A stretch of 64,000 bases of DNA, taken from contig CAXCCF010000003.1 of assembly GCA_963981035.1 (NCBI GenBank), positions 5,004 through 69,003 of the forward strand. The letters run 5' to 3'. Position numbers and translations under genes: made by a program. The notes under the pieces are model-generated. The model saw only the letters and a list, made by a program, of their open reading frames with translations, was not told the DNA's origin and did not search any database. Positions 1 to 13,994 of the stretch are shown piece after piece (position 1 is the first letter of the stretch; each line of letters starts with the position of its first letter). This stretch comes from an uncultured euryarchaeote (GTDB lineage: Archaea > Thermoplasmatota > Poseidoniia > Poseidoniales > Poseidoniaceae).

Positions 1-3901
<3,901 letters not shown>

Positions 3902-3905
<4 letters not shown>

Positions 3906-6900
3906 CTTTGGTCCTCCAGTTCGAGACGCATGGCCACACCTAAACTCTTCATTTCGTCTAGTAGCAGCTTGAATGCATATGATGTCTGTACCTTGTAAAC
4001 TTCAGCGCCATCACCATGGATAGGGCTGACGTATGTTCTACGCTTTGGATCATACCAAGCGATGTGACCAGATTCGGCACAAACATACATTTCAATACCG
4101 TCTGACTCATCGAGTAGACGGTCTTTGATAACCATTGAAGCACCATGAGCAATCAAACAATCACGTTCCATCTCACCAAATCTCAGACCACCCTGTCGTG
4201 CACGACCTTCTGTAGGCTGACGTGTTAAGATTTGAACACGACCACGTGAACGTGCATGTATCTTGGAAGATACAAGGTGGTGAAGACGTTGGTAGAAAAT
4301 ACAGCCGACGAAAATATCTGCTGGGTATTCTTCACCTGTTTCACCATTGATCATCAATTCACGACCAGTATGATTTAGACCATTACGGACTAATCCATCA
4401 CGTAGGCTGGATTCCTTTTCTCCTCTGAAAGCAGTTCCATCAATACGACGTCCTTCCATAGCACCAACTTTACCACCGATCATTTCCAATACGTGAGCAA
4501 CTGTCATTCGTGATGGAATAGCGTGTGGATTAATGATTAGGTCTGGAATTACACCATCGACGGTGAAAGGCATATCTTCAGGTTCTACAAGGCGTCCAAT
4601 AACTCCTTTCTGACCGTGACGACTTGCGAACTTATCTCCAACTTCAGGAATCTTATGGCTACGTACCATTACACGGACAAGTCGTCCGGAATCAAGTGAT
4701 TCTGTAACATATACATTGTCAACCCAACCCTTCTCACCATGACGAACTAGCATAGATGATTCTCTGCGTTCTTGAGCGGTGAGGAACGAACCTCCTGTTG
4801 ACTCTTCTAAGAATCTTGGAGGGCTGGTCTTACCAACGAGAACATTTCCGCCTTCTAATTCAACTTCAGGAATTGGCAATCCATCATCTTCAAGATGATT
4901 ATATGCTTCAGGAGACTTCATTCCCTTGACTTCTTGCAAAGAGGAACCTGGCTTCTCAATCAATTCTTCTTGACCACCTGGGAATCTTCTTCGTTCTGCG
5001 TTGTAAGTTCGGTTAAATGTTGAACGCCCTAAAGCACGGTCAACTGAACCTTTGTTCATTATTACAGCGTCTTGCATGTTATATCCGTGAAGAGACATAA
5101 TCGCAACGATGTAGTTTTGTCCACCAGGACGCTCATCAAAGTTGGTTGTTGTCATTGCACGTGTACGTGTAATAGAACGGTGAGGGTAGTGCAGAATGTG
5201 TGCACGAGTATCTGGGCGCAGACGGTAGTTAGCACTAGGTAGACCTAGAGATTGCTTTACCATTGCAGTTCCACCAGTAACACGAGGTGTTGAGTTGTGT
5301 TCTGGGTAAGGAATCAATGAAGCACATACACCATGAATCAATTGAGGATCAATTTCAACGTGAGTGTGCTCTTCTGAATACAATAATGGTACATTCAATG
5401 TTGCATCTTCCCATGAGCCATTAGGCATTCGAACACGAGCAAGTAATTCTGCACTAGTAGAACCTGGAACTCCAAGATTTACCCATCTAATTTCTTCATT
5501 GGTTACCAATCGTCCCTTTAGTGGACCATCTTCAACCATTTCAGGAGTAATAAATGGACGAGGAGCGATGTACAAATCTTCTTCTTCTTCAGCATCGACC
5601 CACTCGACAATTCCTTCGTTAACCAATTCCTTGAAAGTCATCTTTCCAGCACGGAGTGATTCCAAATGGTCATTGGTCAAACGAGGTGTTCCATCATATA
5701 GAATTAGTAGAGGTCTTAGGATACGACCCTTGTCTGTGTTGATGAAAATATCGTTATTCTCTTTATCAAATCGGATTGATACTTCAGATGGGATTACACC
5801 ACGGCGACGGGCTGATTTGAAATGTCTTACCAAATTTGCACCACGCTTGTGTACACCATAGATATCACCGTTTACGTGAACTCTGTCACCACTGGTCCAA
5901 TCATCTGGTTGTACAACATCAAGTTCATCAAGACGCTCGCGGATTTCGGCCTCATCAATATTTTCTGAGATGTCAATCATTTGAGCTGCATTCTTTACCA
6001 AACCACAGTTTTGACCTTCAGGTGTCTCATTTGGACATAGACGGCCCCATTGTGTTGGGTGCAGGTCACGAGCTTCGAAGTGAGGCTGACTGCGTACAAG
6101 TGGTGAAGTTACACGGCGCATGTGAGATAGTGCCGCAAGATATGTAGTTCGGTCTAGAAGTTGTGAAACTCCAGAACGGCCTCCTACCCAGTTACCAGTA
6201 GCCAATGCATGCATTATCTTAGAAGTTAGAACGTCTGGACGAAGGCAAGAAGTAATTTTCAATTCTCTCTTGCGGTTGTGGTGGCGTTCAAGTTGGTACT
6301 TCAAGTCACGAGCAAGTTGCCCAGATGACACACGGAATAAATCCTCAATTAAGTCACCAGCGAGACGAACACGCTTGTTTGCATAATGATCCTTATCATT
6401 TGGCTCACGGTCAGTCATAGCCATTTCCAAAACTTGTCGGACAATTCTTCCAAGGAAGATAGCCTTCTTCTTACGATCTTCTGTTTGGTCACCCAAGTGA
6501 GGTAGAAGTTCTCTGTCTAGGAGTTGGTTAACACGTGCTTCGCGGTATTCTCTTTGTTGACCTGCAGCGAATTTCTTCTGAAGCCATTCGTGAGACTCAA
6601 GAGTATTGTTAACGGCGTATTCTTCATTATCATTTACTTCGTTAATGTTAGCAACGATATACTTGAAGGTCTCAGTTGGTCCTGCGATTGCTTGGAATAC
6701 TTCTTGGTCATTCTCAATTCCAAGTGCACGCATTAGTAATACTACAGGTATTGGGGTTGTACCTACTGTACTAATCTTAACCATCAACATTCCATCACGG
6801 CGCTTTTCAACTGTTAGAGGCTTTCTCATACCATCTTTTTGAGAGAAAATCTTAGCGACTTCGGTCTTCTTTACTGAACGCTTGTTGATTTCAACAGTAA

Positions 6901-7519
6901 CTCTGTTAGGAGCTAAGTCTTCCATTGAAATTAGAACACGTTCTGTACCATTGATAATGAAATAGCCACCAGGGTCAAGAGGGTCTTCGCCCTTCTTTCG
7001 CAGCAAATCCTTCCACATTTCTGCATCTTCGCCAGAAGTAGTTGGATCTAGAACTCTATCACTAATGATGTGCTCAGGATGCAAATTACATCTGCGAGAA
7101 CGAATCATAATAGGCATACTTCCAACTTGAACACTCTCTTCAAGTGGTGAACGAATTCCGTTACGATAGATTTGGAAATCAATTGAAACAGGAGACATAT
7201 ATGTCAACTTACGAAGACGGCACTCCATAGGAGTCGAGTCCATATTTGCACCATTTGCCTCTCTGATTGTAGGCTTACCGAGTTTGATATCTTTTAGACG
7301 AATGACAATATCTTGGTCAACAACGTCAAGTTTGATGTATCCACCTTCATCATCAACGATTTCTTCGTCGGTTCCGACACGAATGTTACGAATGATTTTC
7401 TCCATACGAGAGATTGTACTGTCACCTGCAGGTATACAGTCGTTATATGATGCTAATTGATGGTTTACCAAACTGCGAGCTTTGAAAAATGATTGAATAA
7501 TTTCTTGCATAATAGACAC
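3902..7519 (-). CDS. rpoB: DNA-directed RNA polymerase subunit B (unsplit)
   Basis: 1205-aa ORF with GDKFASRHGQKGV, PDLIINPHAIPSRMT, GGLRFGEMERDCLIAHGA and a C-terminal CAESGH zinc region. Confidence 0.97.
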
Positions 7520-7525
7520 CTCCCC

Positions 7526-8176
7526 TCAGTTACCCTCTACGATTAGACGGTATGCAATTGACTTACCAGCCGACGGGGATCGGCGGATAACCTTGATAAT
7601 GCGGTCGGCAATCCAACCAGCTGGAAGTGGGGTATGGTCTGCATCAGCAGCCAAATCTGCCATGTCTGCCTTTTCTGCGGTTTCTTTAATCGCTTGGACA
7701 ACAGGGTCTGAAATCAAAACTTTTGGAAGAAGTTCCTTTGCCAGGCGGGGCTTTTCTGTTTCTTCATCCATTTCAACAATATTCCATGGAGCAAGTTCTA
7801 TGCTCTCTATTTCAAATTGTTCTTCAGCGGAGATATTTGCTGCACCTACCAATTCTTGGTGAGGCACTAATACGTGATTCAGTGCATTGAATCGAGAGGT
7901 GATTTCTGGACGATCAAAATCGTCAACAGTCTTTGCTCGAATTGTAATCTTCTTACTCTTCTTTGCTGCACGGCGACGAGAACCTTGCTCTGCAATAACG
8001 GACATTACATTGGTGAATTGCTCAGAATCTTTTGAAACACCAAGAGTTGCTGCGATATCATCGGAAGAAAGACCTTTGATATCGGTCATGTTTCTGTCAG
8101 TTGCTAACTTATGGGCAAACTCTTCGGAGACACCCAGTTCCATTAATCGCTTTTTTGTTGCGCTCTTTACCACCAT
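7526..8176 (-). CDS. rpoH: DNA-directed RNA polymerase subunit H (Rpb5-like) with a long N-terminal extension
   Basis: The C-terminus (HVLVPHQEL...LPKVLISDPVVQAI...IIKVIRRSPSAGKSIAYRLIV) fits the RpoH/Rpb5 C-domain pattern. I moved the start to the ATG at 8176 (MVVKSATKK...), because the longer track ORF (to 8215) runs to within 10 nt of the tRNA gene at 8225-8298 and would leave no room for rpoH's own promoter. Confidence 0.8.
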   Translation of the reverse strand: MVVKSATKKRLMELGVSEEFAHKLATDRNMTDIKGLSSDDIAATLGVSKDSEQFTNVMSVIAEQGSRRRAAKKSKKITIRAKTVDDFDRPEITSRFNALNHVLVPHQELVGAANISAEEQFEIESIELAPWNIVEMDEETEKPRLAKELLPKVLISDPVVQAIKETAEKADMADLAADADHTPLPAGWIADRIIKVIRRSPSAGKSIAYRLIVEGN

Positions 8177-8224
8177 GTCAAGTCCCCGTACCCCGTTTTC
8201 CCCTAAGCCTGCCACTCAGTCAGG

Positions 8225-8298
8225 CGGGCCTGACGGGGTTCGAACCCGCGACCATCGGATTAAAAGTCCGACGCTCTACCTGACTGAGCTACAGGCCC
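8225..8298 (-). tRNA. tRNA-Lys (anticodon UUU)
   Basis: Hand-folded 74-nt cloverleaf on the minus strand. Acceptor GGGCCTG/CAGGCCC, D stem GCTC/GAGC, anticodon stem TCGGA/TCCGA with loop CTTTTAA, T arm GCGGG-TTCGAAC-CCCGT. No encoded CCA. The AT-rich TTATATTA ~40 nt upstream is a plausible TATA box. Confidence 0.85.
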
Positions 8299-8502
8299 AA
8301 AGTAGCAACTTGGGCTTTAGGGCCGTTCGGCCTACTATTAATATAAGTTACGGCAACGGAGAATACGGCCTCGCATCGGCGAAGCTCGCTCCCACAATAG
8401 TGGTTGGTCGGGTGAATACCGCCCTCTAAGGCACTGGGTGCGTGATTATCTTATACAGCCACATGCATAAAGGCTTCGTTCTATGACTGCCTCGGACTGT
8501 CA

Positions 8503-9993
8503 ATGGCGGACGATAGCCCCTTTGATTTTTCCAGTGCCGAGCGCGAAATTGAGCGCTTGAATCGTCCGTCAAAATCAATTATTTGGCAAGCTCCAAAGGG
8601 TGAATCATTCACACTTAACATTCCACCTACAGTTTACCCTCCAAGAGAGGATACCGACCTCCTTGCTAATGCCATTGTCAGACTCGGTGCTGGACGCGGA
8701 AAACGATGCTTTGAAATTGGCTGTGGCAGTGGCGCATTGTCACTTCTAGCCGCTCGACAAGGATGGAAGGTTAGAACTTGTGACATCAATCCATTTGCAG
8801 TCATGGCGACTAGACAATCTGCAAAAAAGGCAGATATTGAACTCGATGTTCGCGAGGGGGGGCCAGGGCCGATTGAAGATGGGGAAATCAATCAATGGGC
8901 CGGAGCAGAACTTCATGACCTGATAATTTGGAATTTACCTTATCTAGAGTTGCCAACTTCATCCGACGAAGTTCTTGGGCCACTTGAAGAGGCCGCACTT
9001 CTCGACACAGATCCTATCGGACTAATATCACGCTTGGCAAAACTACTCTCCTCTGACAAACTGATGACTGCCAATGGAATGGCCCTCATTCTCGTTTCAA
9101 ATAACCAAAGAGGAAATGATACAAAACAGATTTGCCTGCAAAATGGACTTTCATGCCGTAAAGTTTCCAATAAACAATTTGAAGACGGTGAAGAATTGAC
9201 AGTCTATGCAATTTGGCATCCCTTTTCTAATTGCACCACCAGCACATTTGATGAAATTGATTCTACAAATAACACGATGCTCGATGAAGGAGGTCCAATC
9301 GGAACATTCATTCAAGCCAAAAAACAACTGCAGGGTAGAGGAAGAAGAGGGCGTATTTGGACCAGCGAGTCAAGTTCGTTTGCTGGCTCCTGGATGGTTC
9401 ACGACGGCAAAGGGAAATTGATTCATTCCGACCTGCAATTAGTGGGCGGACTTGCCGTTATTGATGCGATACGGGCATTATCTTTGCGCGAACAACAAGA
9501 AAGGATACGTCTCAAGTGGCCAAACGACATATTATTGGAAGATGATAATGGCGAATGGGGCAAGGTTGCAGGCGTTTTACTTGAGGGGAGAAGTATGGCT
9601 TCTGAAATCAGAATGACCTTAGGAATAGGAGTTAATTTATTCTCCGACGAGCCATTGAAAAGAGATGATTTCAAGATCGCAACAATAAATCAAAGTTTGA
9701 ATCGTGACATAGAGTTTTCAACTTTTTCTGCAGTGATAAATGCCTCCTTATCTTCACTTCTAGAACAGAAAAATGAAATTGCAAATTTTCCCTCAAAAAA
9801 ACTATTGCAACTGGCAATGAATGAGATAAAAGATACTGTTATTTCTTTGGGCAACCCAATCTATAGAGAAGATGTTTGCGAAGTTGTTTCTTTGCTTGTT
9901 AACGGAAACCTACAAGTTCGTAATAAATCTGGAAAAATGTTTGAACTGGATGAGGGAGAAGACTTATTTTGGCCGAATTATAGTGATTATTAA
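8503..9993 (+). CDS. birA: Fusion protein: HemK/Mtq2-like class I SAM methyltransferase (N-terminal) plus biotin--protein ligase catalytic domain (C-terminal)
   Basis: N-terminal half has VYPPREDTDLL, EIGCGSGALSL (SAM motif I) and IIWNLPYLE (NPPY-type motif IV). C-terminal half has QLQGRGRRGRIWTSE (the GRGRxGRxW biotin-ligase signature) and KWPNDILL. Confidence 0.8.
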   Translation: MADDSPFDFSSAEREIERLNRPSKSIIWQAPKGESFTLNIPPTVYPPREDTDLLANAIVRLGAGRGKRCFEIGCGSGALSLLAARQGWKVRTCDINPFAVMATRQSAKKADIELDVREGGPGPIEDGEINQWAGAELHDLIIWNLPYLELPTSSDEVLGPLEEAALLDTDPIGLISRLAKLLSSDKLMTANGMALILVSNNQRGNDTKQICLQNGLSCRKVSNKQFEDGEELTVYAIWHPFSNCTTSTFDEIDSTNNTMLDEGGPIGTFIQAKKQLQGRGRRGRIWTSESSSFAGSWMVHDGKGKLIHSDLQLVGGLAVIDAIRALSLREQQERIRLKWPNDILLEDDNGEWGKVAGVLLEGRSMASEIRMTLGIGVNLFSDEPLKRDDFKIATINQSLNRDIEFSTFSAVINASLSSLLEQKNEIANFPSKKLLQLAMNEIKDTVISLGNPIYREDVCEVVSLLVNGNLQVRNKSGKMFELDEGEDLFWPNYSDY

Positions 9994-9996
9994 CAC

Positions 9997-10518
9997 TCAA
10001 GATTCTAGTTCAGCGTCAATTACTTGATCTGTTAGAGTTTCCATTTCCTTCTCTTCTTTTCTCTTGTACAAACCAAATATTAGTAGCAATACTCCTACTG
10101 GATATACTAGCTTATCCATCATTAATTGTCTGTCGATAGAAACAACAACTTCAGTAATGGATGAATCATCATCGCCTTCAGTAGAAATCACAAAGGAATA
10201 ATCTCCACTTTTTTCAACCTCAAACAAATATGACTCCTTAGCATCTTCTAAAAGGAAGATTTCTTCAATCGATTCCCCATTTAATTCAATTAATACTGTT
10301 GTTGCATTCGCTGCAGTGAATTGCATTTCTACTTCGTCTCCATCACTTAGAGTGGTATTCATAGCATGTGGATTATCATTACTGATGCTTATTGGGTCAA
10401 CCCAAGAATGCATGATAAATGCGCCAACTAATATTGAAATAGATACCAAAATGAAAACATCACTCATTTTCATTGCTGGTGCTGTACCTCCGCCCGACAT
10501 ATTGTACGCCACCCACAA
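9997..10518 (-). CDS. Hypothetical two-TM membrane protein with an acidic C-terminal tail
   Basis: 173-aa ORF. N-terminal TM (VFILVSISILVGAFIM), an acidic beta-rich middle, a C-terminal TM (LVYPVGVLLLIFGLY), then KRKEEKEMETLTDQVIDAELES. No recognisable family. Confidence 0.5.
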   Translation of the reverse strand: MWVAYNMSGGGTAPAMKMSDVFILVSISILVGAFIMHSWVDPISISNDNPHAMNTTLSDGDEVEMQFTAANATTVLIELNGESIEEIFLLEDAKESYLFEVEKSGDYSFVISTEGDDDSSITEVVVSIDRQLMMDKLVYPVGVLLLIFGLYKRKEEKEMETLTDQVIDAELES

Positions 10519-10554
10519 TGATATGATGAAGATAGTGATTGAAAAGTAGTTGAA

Positions 10555-10965
10555 TTAACGACTTTTTCTCTTAGGTTTAGGCAAATTCAACCTCTGTCTA
10601 ATCAAACGGATTTTACCACTCATACTAACGCTAAGCATTGAGTATTCAGCATAACCATCAGAATTATCAAGTAAATTTCTGAACTCATTTGAAACCTCGT
10701 GTGGAACTTCAATTATTGCGAAACCTTCATCGCCATTCAAATTGCTATTCGGCAGTGTTTCACCTAAGTTAGTATGAGCCAACTTAGCAACTTCACTACC
10801 ACTATTGAAGAAATCCATCAATCTTAATTTCTTCTCACAAAGCAATTTTTCTTGCAATTTATTCAATGAATCTTGTAAGTCATTTCTAGTTAATTTAGTA
10901 GGTGAAACCGCAACTCCAAACCAGCGTCTTTTCCCACGCAGAGCCTTGGACAGTTTCTTTGCCAT
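10555..10965 (-). CDS. Probable RNase P protein component 2 (Pop5/Rpp14 family)
   Basis: LRGKRRWFGVAVS near the N-terminus, FAIIEVPHE, and C-terminal LSVSMSGKIRLIRQRL match the archaeal Pop5 pattern as I remember it. The size (136 aa) fits. Confidence 0.5.
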   Translation of the reverse strand: MAKKLSKALRGKRRWFGVAVSPTKLTRNDLQDSLNKLQEKLLCEKKLRLMDFFNSGSEVAKLAHTNLGETLPNSNLNGDEGFAIIEVPHEVSNEFRNLLDNSDGYAEYSMLSVSMSGKIRLIRQRLNLPKPKRKSR

Positions 10966-11029
10966 GTTCTAAGGCAAGATATACTCCTTCAATTAGATTT
11001 CATAGGATAATTCATGCCATACACTGAAA

Positions 11030-12547
11030 ATGGAAGACCAACCCCCCTCAAATGTGGCAGATATGATAGAGGCTGACGCCTCAACCGCTGACTCTGAAAC
11101 AGAAAATAGTGAGGAGATGAATAATATTCTCGATGATCTGTCAAATCAACAGACATCTGTATGGAGCCTCATCAAGACTTTGTTATCACCTCAAACACTT
11201 CCACATATTGCATTAATTGTGATATTATCAACAACGTTTTACATTACGGCCAACTTTGATAGTCTGACCACATTTTCTGCATTGTGTTTTACTTCAATCA
11301 CTCTTGGTTATGCGATTACCGCAGCACTCTCTAACAGTTCATATGTCCAAAGGATAACAAAACTACCTAGTAAAGAGTTGCAGGAGATTGATGAAGAGCA
11401 ATCGGCAAATGACCAAATTGGCCGAATCAAGAGAATTATTTTCAGTTTTAGAATTTGTATTTTCCCATTAGTTCTATCAGGTCTTGCCATGGGAGGATTA
11501 TTGACATTATTCTCCGACAACGGCGCATTATCTGCTTTCGAGGATACCATTCCCCTTGCTCTCGCTTCGTTATTCGTGATTTGGAGTATTATCCAAGGAC
11601 GTTCATTCTCAAATTGGATAGCATCAATTTCCGCTTCTAATTTTAATCAATCAACTGCAAAAAAGGGAAATCCCAAGGCCCAAGCTGTAATTCACGGCCT
11701 TGCAATACTAATTATCGCATTCATTGGAGTATGCATATTTCACCTGCTTCAAGGAGATGAAATAGTTCCTAAAAAAATATTGATTCTCAATTTACCATTT
11801 CTTTTAACGGCGATTGGATTACATGCAGTGGCTGTTACTTTGTCATGGCAATCAAGAGTTGCCGCTTCTAGAGACGCTGCAATGTCTGCATTTACCTGGA
11901 AATGGACATTGATGGCGCAGGCTTTCATCACTTGGCATGCATTAACAATATGGCGACAAATCGCTATGACGCCAAATGGTGCCGAGTTGCTTATCGAAGA
12001 AGTTCTATTAATGATATTTACAGTATTTATGGCAATTTGGACCCTCACATCACGAGGAATTAATTCAAAACTACCATTCTTTAATCAAAATAGTGCTCTA
12101 CCTTGGGGATTAGCTTTTGGATATGCATATGCAGGTTCAGTAGCGATGCTAACTGTAGTTCTTGACGACATTACAAATGTGATGATAGCAGGTCACTTAG
12201 TGGTAATAATGACTGTATTATGGATGCAGCGGTCAGTATTGAAAAAACTTGTACAAAATAGAGACCAGGACATTGAGGTTAGACGGATTGCAGAAACTGC
12301 AATGAGCAACAAAGCTTTGGTTTCAGATGATAAGACCCCTGAAGAAGAAAGTGAGCCAATTGTGGAAGAAAGCACCGAAGTACAAGAAATTGTAGAAGTT
12401 GATGAACTTGTTGAGATTGTAGAAGAAGACTCCCAACAAAAAGAAGAAAATTGGCAGGATGACTCTACAATTGATTGGGACAAAAAGGTTGATACTATCA
12501 GCGATAATGTTGAATGGAACGATGATGTTATCGAATTAGATGACTAA
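11030..12547 (+). CDS. Hypothetical polytopic membrane protein with acidic N- and C-terminal tails
   Basis: 505-aa ORF with roughly 10 hydrophobic segments. The C-terminal ~90 aa are highly acidic and end in ...NDDVIELDD. Confidence 0.6.
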   Translation: MEDQPPSNVADMIEADASTADSETENSEEMNNILDDLSNQQTSVWSLIKTLLSPQTLPHIALIVILSTTFYITANFDSLTTFSALCFTSITLGYAITAALSNSSYVQRITKLPSKELQEIDEEQSANDQIGRIKRIIFSFRICIFPLVLSGLAMGGLLTLFSDNGALSAFEDTIPLALASLFVIWSIIQGRSFSNWIASISASNFNQSTAKKGNPKAQAVIHGLAILIIAFIGVCIFHLLQGDEIVPKKILILNLPFLLTAIGLHAVAVTLSWQSRVAASRDAAMSAFTWKWTLMAQAFITWHALTIWRQIAMTPNGAELLIEEVLLMIFTVFMAIWTLTSRGINSKLPFFNQNSALPWGLAFGYAYAGSVAMLTVVLDDITNVMIAGHLVVIMTVLWMQRSVLKKLVQNRDQDIEVRRIAETAMSNKALVSDDKTPEEESEPIVEESTEVQEIVEVDELVEIVEEDSQQKEENWQDDSTIDWDKKVDTISDNVEWNDDVIELDD

Positions 12548-12550
12548 TTG

Positions 12551-13462
12551 TCACTCTATACCAGATAGCAATGTCACAACTCTGATGGAATCGTGTAAAT
12601 CTTCACTCACCCTTGCTCCAAGAATTACCTGTGCATCTACATCTAAGGCAGCAGTAAACATGCTTGCAACTGTTTCAACTTGACCGATTGTCATTCCAAG
12701 GCCACCTTCTATTTGGATTAAACATCCTTTGGCTCCACCAACATCTAATTCAGCCAAAGGTGCCATCATTGCAGAATTTAATATTCCCTCTGGATCATCT
12801 GCTCGGCCCACTCCAACCAGCATAGTTGCCCCTCCTTTGGTGTCAACAATTGCTCGTAAGTCCATCAAATCTAGATTTATCAAACCCATTCGTAGCAATG
12901 TTCGAACTAAGCCATCGACCAAATCTTCAATCCATTCTGCACCCATTTGCCACGCAGTTCCTTTTTCTCTTGCTTGCCTTGCGAGTCTTTCGAGAGATAA
13001 TTGTACTGTAATATGGGCATTATTCTGTAAACGTTCAAGTCCTTCCGCTGCTATTTTTGAGCGTGTTTCTTGAACTTCAAATGGTAGTGCTGCGACAGAA
13101 AGAACTACCGCACCAGACTGCCTTGCTTGTCTAGCAAATTCATGACCCGCACCCGTACCAGAACCACCTCCTAATCCTACCAACAATACAACTAATTCCA
13201 CATCCTCTAAGATTGTCCGAGCCAGAGGGGATAATCCTCTCATTCTTTGTTCTGCTAGTGGAGGTAATGCTGCACAACCCATTGAATCAAGGGTATGCCC
13301 TAATCGTAATACATGAGCCGATTCACATCCGGATAAACTTGAATCATCGGCATCGATTAGAACTACATCTGCACCCTTGCCACACTTTTCATATGCCCTT
13401 TTTGCCCATGCACATCCCAATCCGCCAACGCCGGCAATTAGGATTTGTGAGGCTTCCATCAT
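12551..13462 (-). CDS. FtsZ/tubulin-superfamily GTPase, a divergent paralogue without a C-terminal tail
   Basis: ILIAGVGGLGCAWA (degenerate G1), LVGLGGGSGTGAG (tubulin signature), LINLDLMDLRAIV (T7-like NxDxxD), and GGATMLVGVGRA...GAKGCLIQIEGG...VVTLLSGIE (FtsZ C-domain). I moved the start to MMEASQ (13462) to avoid overlapping the upstream TPR gene. Confidence 0.75.
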   Translation of the reverse strand: MMEASQILIAGVGGLGCAWAKRAYEKCGKGADVVLIDADDSSLSGCESAHVLRLGHTLDSMGCAALPPLAEQRMRGLSPLARTILEDVELVVLLVGLGGGSGTGAGHEFARQARQSGAVVLSVAALPFEVQETRSKIAAEGLERLQNNAHITVQLSLERLARQAREKGTAWQMGAEWIEDLVDGLVRTLLRMGLINLDLMDLRAIVDTKGGATMLVGVGRADDPEGILNSAMMAPLAELDVGGAKGCLIQIEGGLGMTIGQVETVASMFTAALDVDAQVILGARVSEDLHDSIRVVTLLSGIE

Positions 13463-13518
13463 CCTAATGGCGGCGTTGAACCTCAATGAACTTTGGCAGT
13501 AACTTGCGCTTTGAGATT

Positions 13519-13857
13519 TTACTCGACATAACGCAAATAACGTCGCCTTGCATCCCTTGCCCAAGCATTATCAGGTTCCAATTCTAAAACAATATCATAA
13601 TACTTTATTGCATTCTCAAATTCAGATAAATGACGACCATACAAATGGCCTAAATTAGACAATACAGGAATACATTTGTAATCTTGTTCTAGCATTTTTA
13701 GCAATAATTCTTCTGCTGCACCGAGAGAGTTTTTTAACATTAATTCCTCTGCTTCATCGAGTTGTTCTAACTGCTCAGAACTCAAATTGTAAATGTTATC
13801 GAAGGTATGACTTGACACTCTCTCACCAATCTGGGGGAGAAGTAAGCAGTGAATCAA
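13519..13857 (-). CDS. Small TPR-repeat protein
   Basis: 112 aa. LSNLGHLYGRHLSEFENAIKYYDIVLELEPDNAWARDARRRY is a typical TPR helix pair. It lies directly upstream of the FtsZ-like gene on the same strand. Confidence 0.6.
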   Translation of the reverse strand: MIHCLLLPQIGERVSSHTFDNIYNLSSEQLEQLDEAEELMLKNSLGAAEELLLKMLEQDYKCIPVLSNLGHLYGRHLSEFENAIKYYDIVLELEPDNAWARDARRRYLRYVE

Positions 13858-13994
13858 TCCTTTCCCCTAATAGTTCAAAATCTGCTAAAAAAGGGGCAAA
13901 AATTGCTAACTCATAGCAATTTATTTTGTTTGAACTTGCTTTGTCCTGTCGACATATCTAAAACGCCGCACTGCGGGGCATTTATCCATCGCTA

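Noticed and set aside
5364-5861. A 165-aa + strand ORF, along with other 60-110-aa ORFs, inside rpoB and rpoA'.
   Set aside because: They are antisense or out of frame relative to highly conserved RNAP genes, and they contain no motifs.
8177-8215. The 13-codon N-terminal extension of the rpoH ORF (MAGLGENGVRGLD) given in the track.
   Set aside because: It would end only 10 nt from the tRNA-Lys gene at 8225-8298. The ATG at 8176 gives an N-terminus (MVVKSATKK) identical to that of RpoA''.
7887-8429. A 180-aa + strand ORF spanning the rpoH 5' end, the tRNA-Lys gene and the intergenic region.
   Set aside because: It runs antisense through a well-folded tRNA and through rpoH, so it is spurious.
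8299-8502. A somewhat GC-richer intergenic stretch upstream of tRNA-Lys, considered as a 5S rRNA, SRP RNA or other ncRNA.
   Set aside because: I found no 5S loop motifs (CCGAAC, GUUAAGC-like), no SRP GGAAGGxAGCA motif, no C/D boxes and no convincing long-range pairing. It most likely holds the promoters of the divergent tRNA and methyltransferase-birA genes. An Infernal scan would settle it.
13463-13564. A 34-codon N-terminal extension of the FtsZ-like ORF.
   Set aside because: It overlaps the 3' end of the upstream TPR gene and precedes the conserved start of the GTPase fold. MMEASQILIAGVGG is the sensible start.
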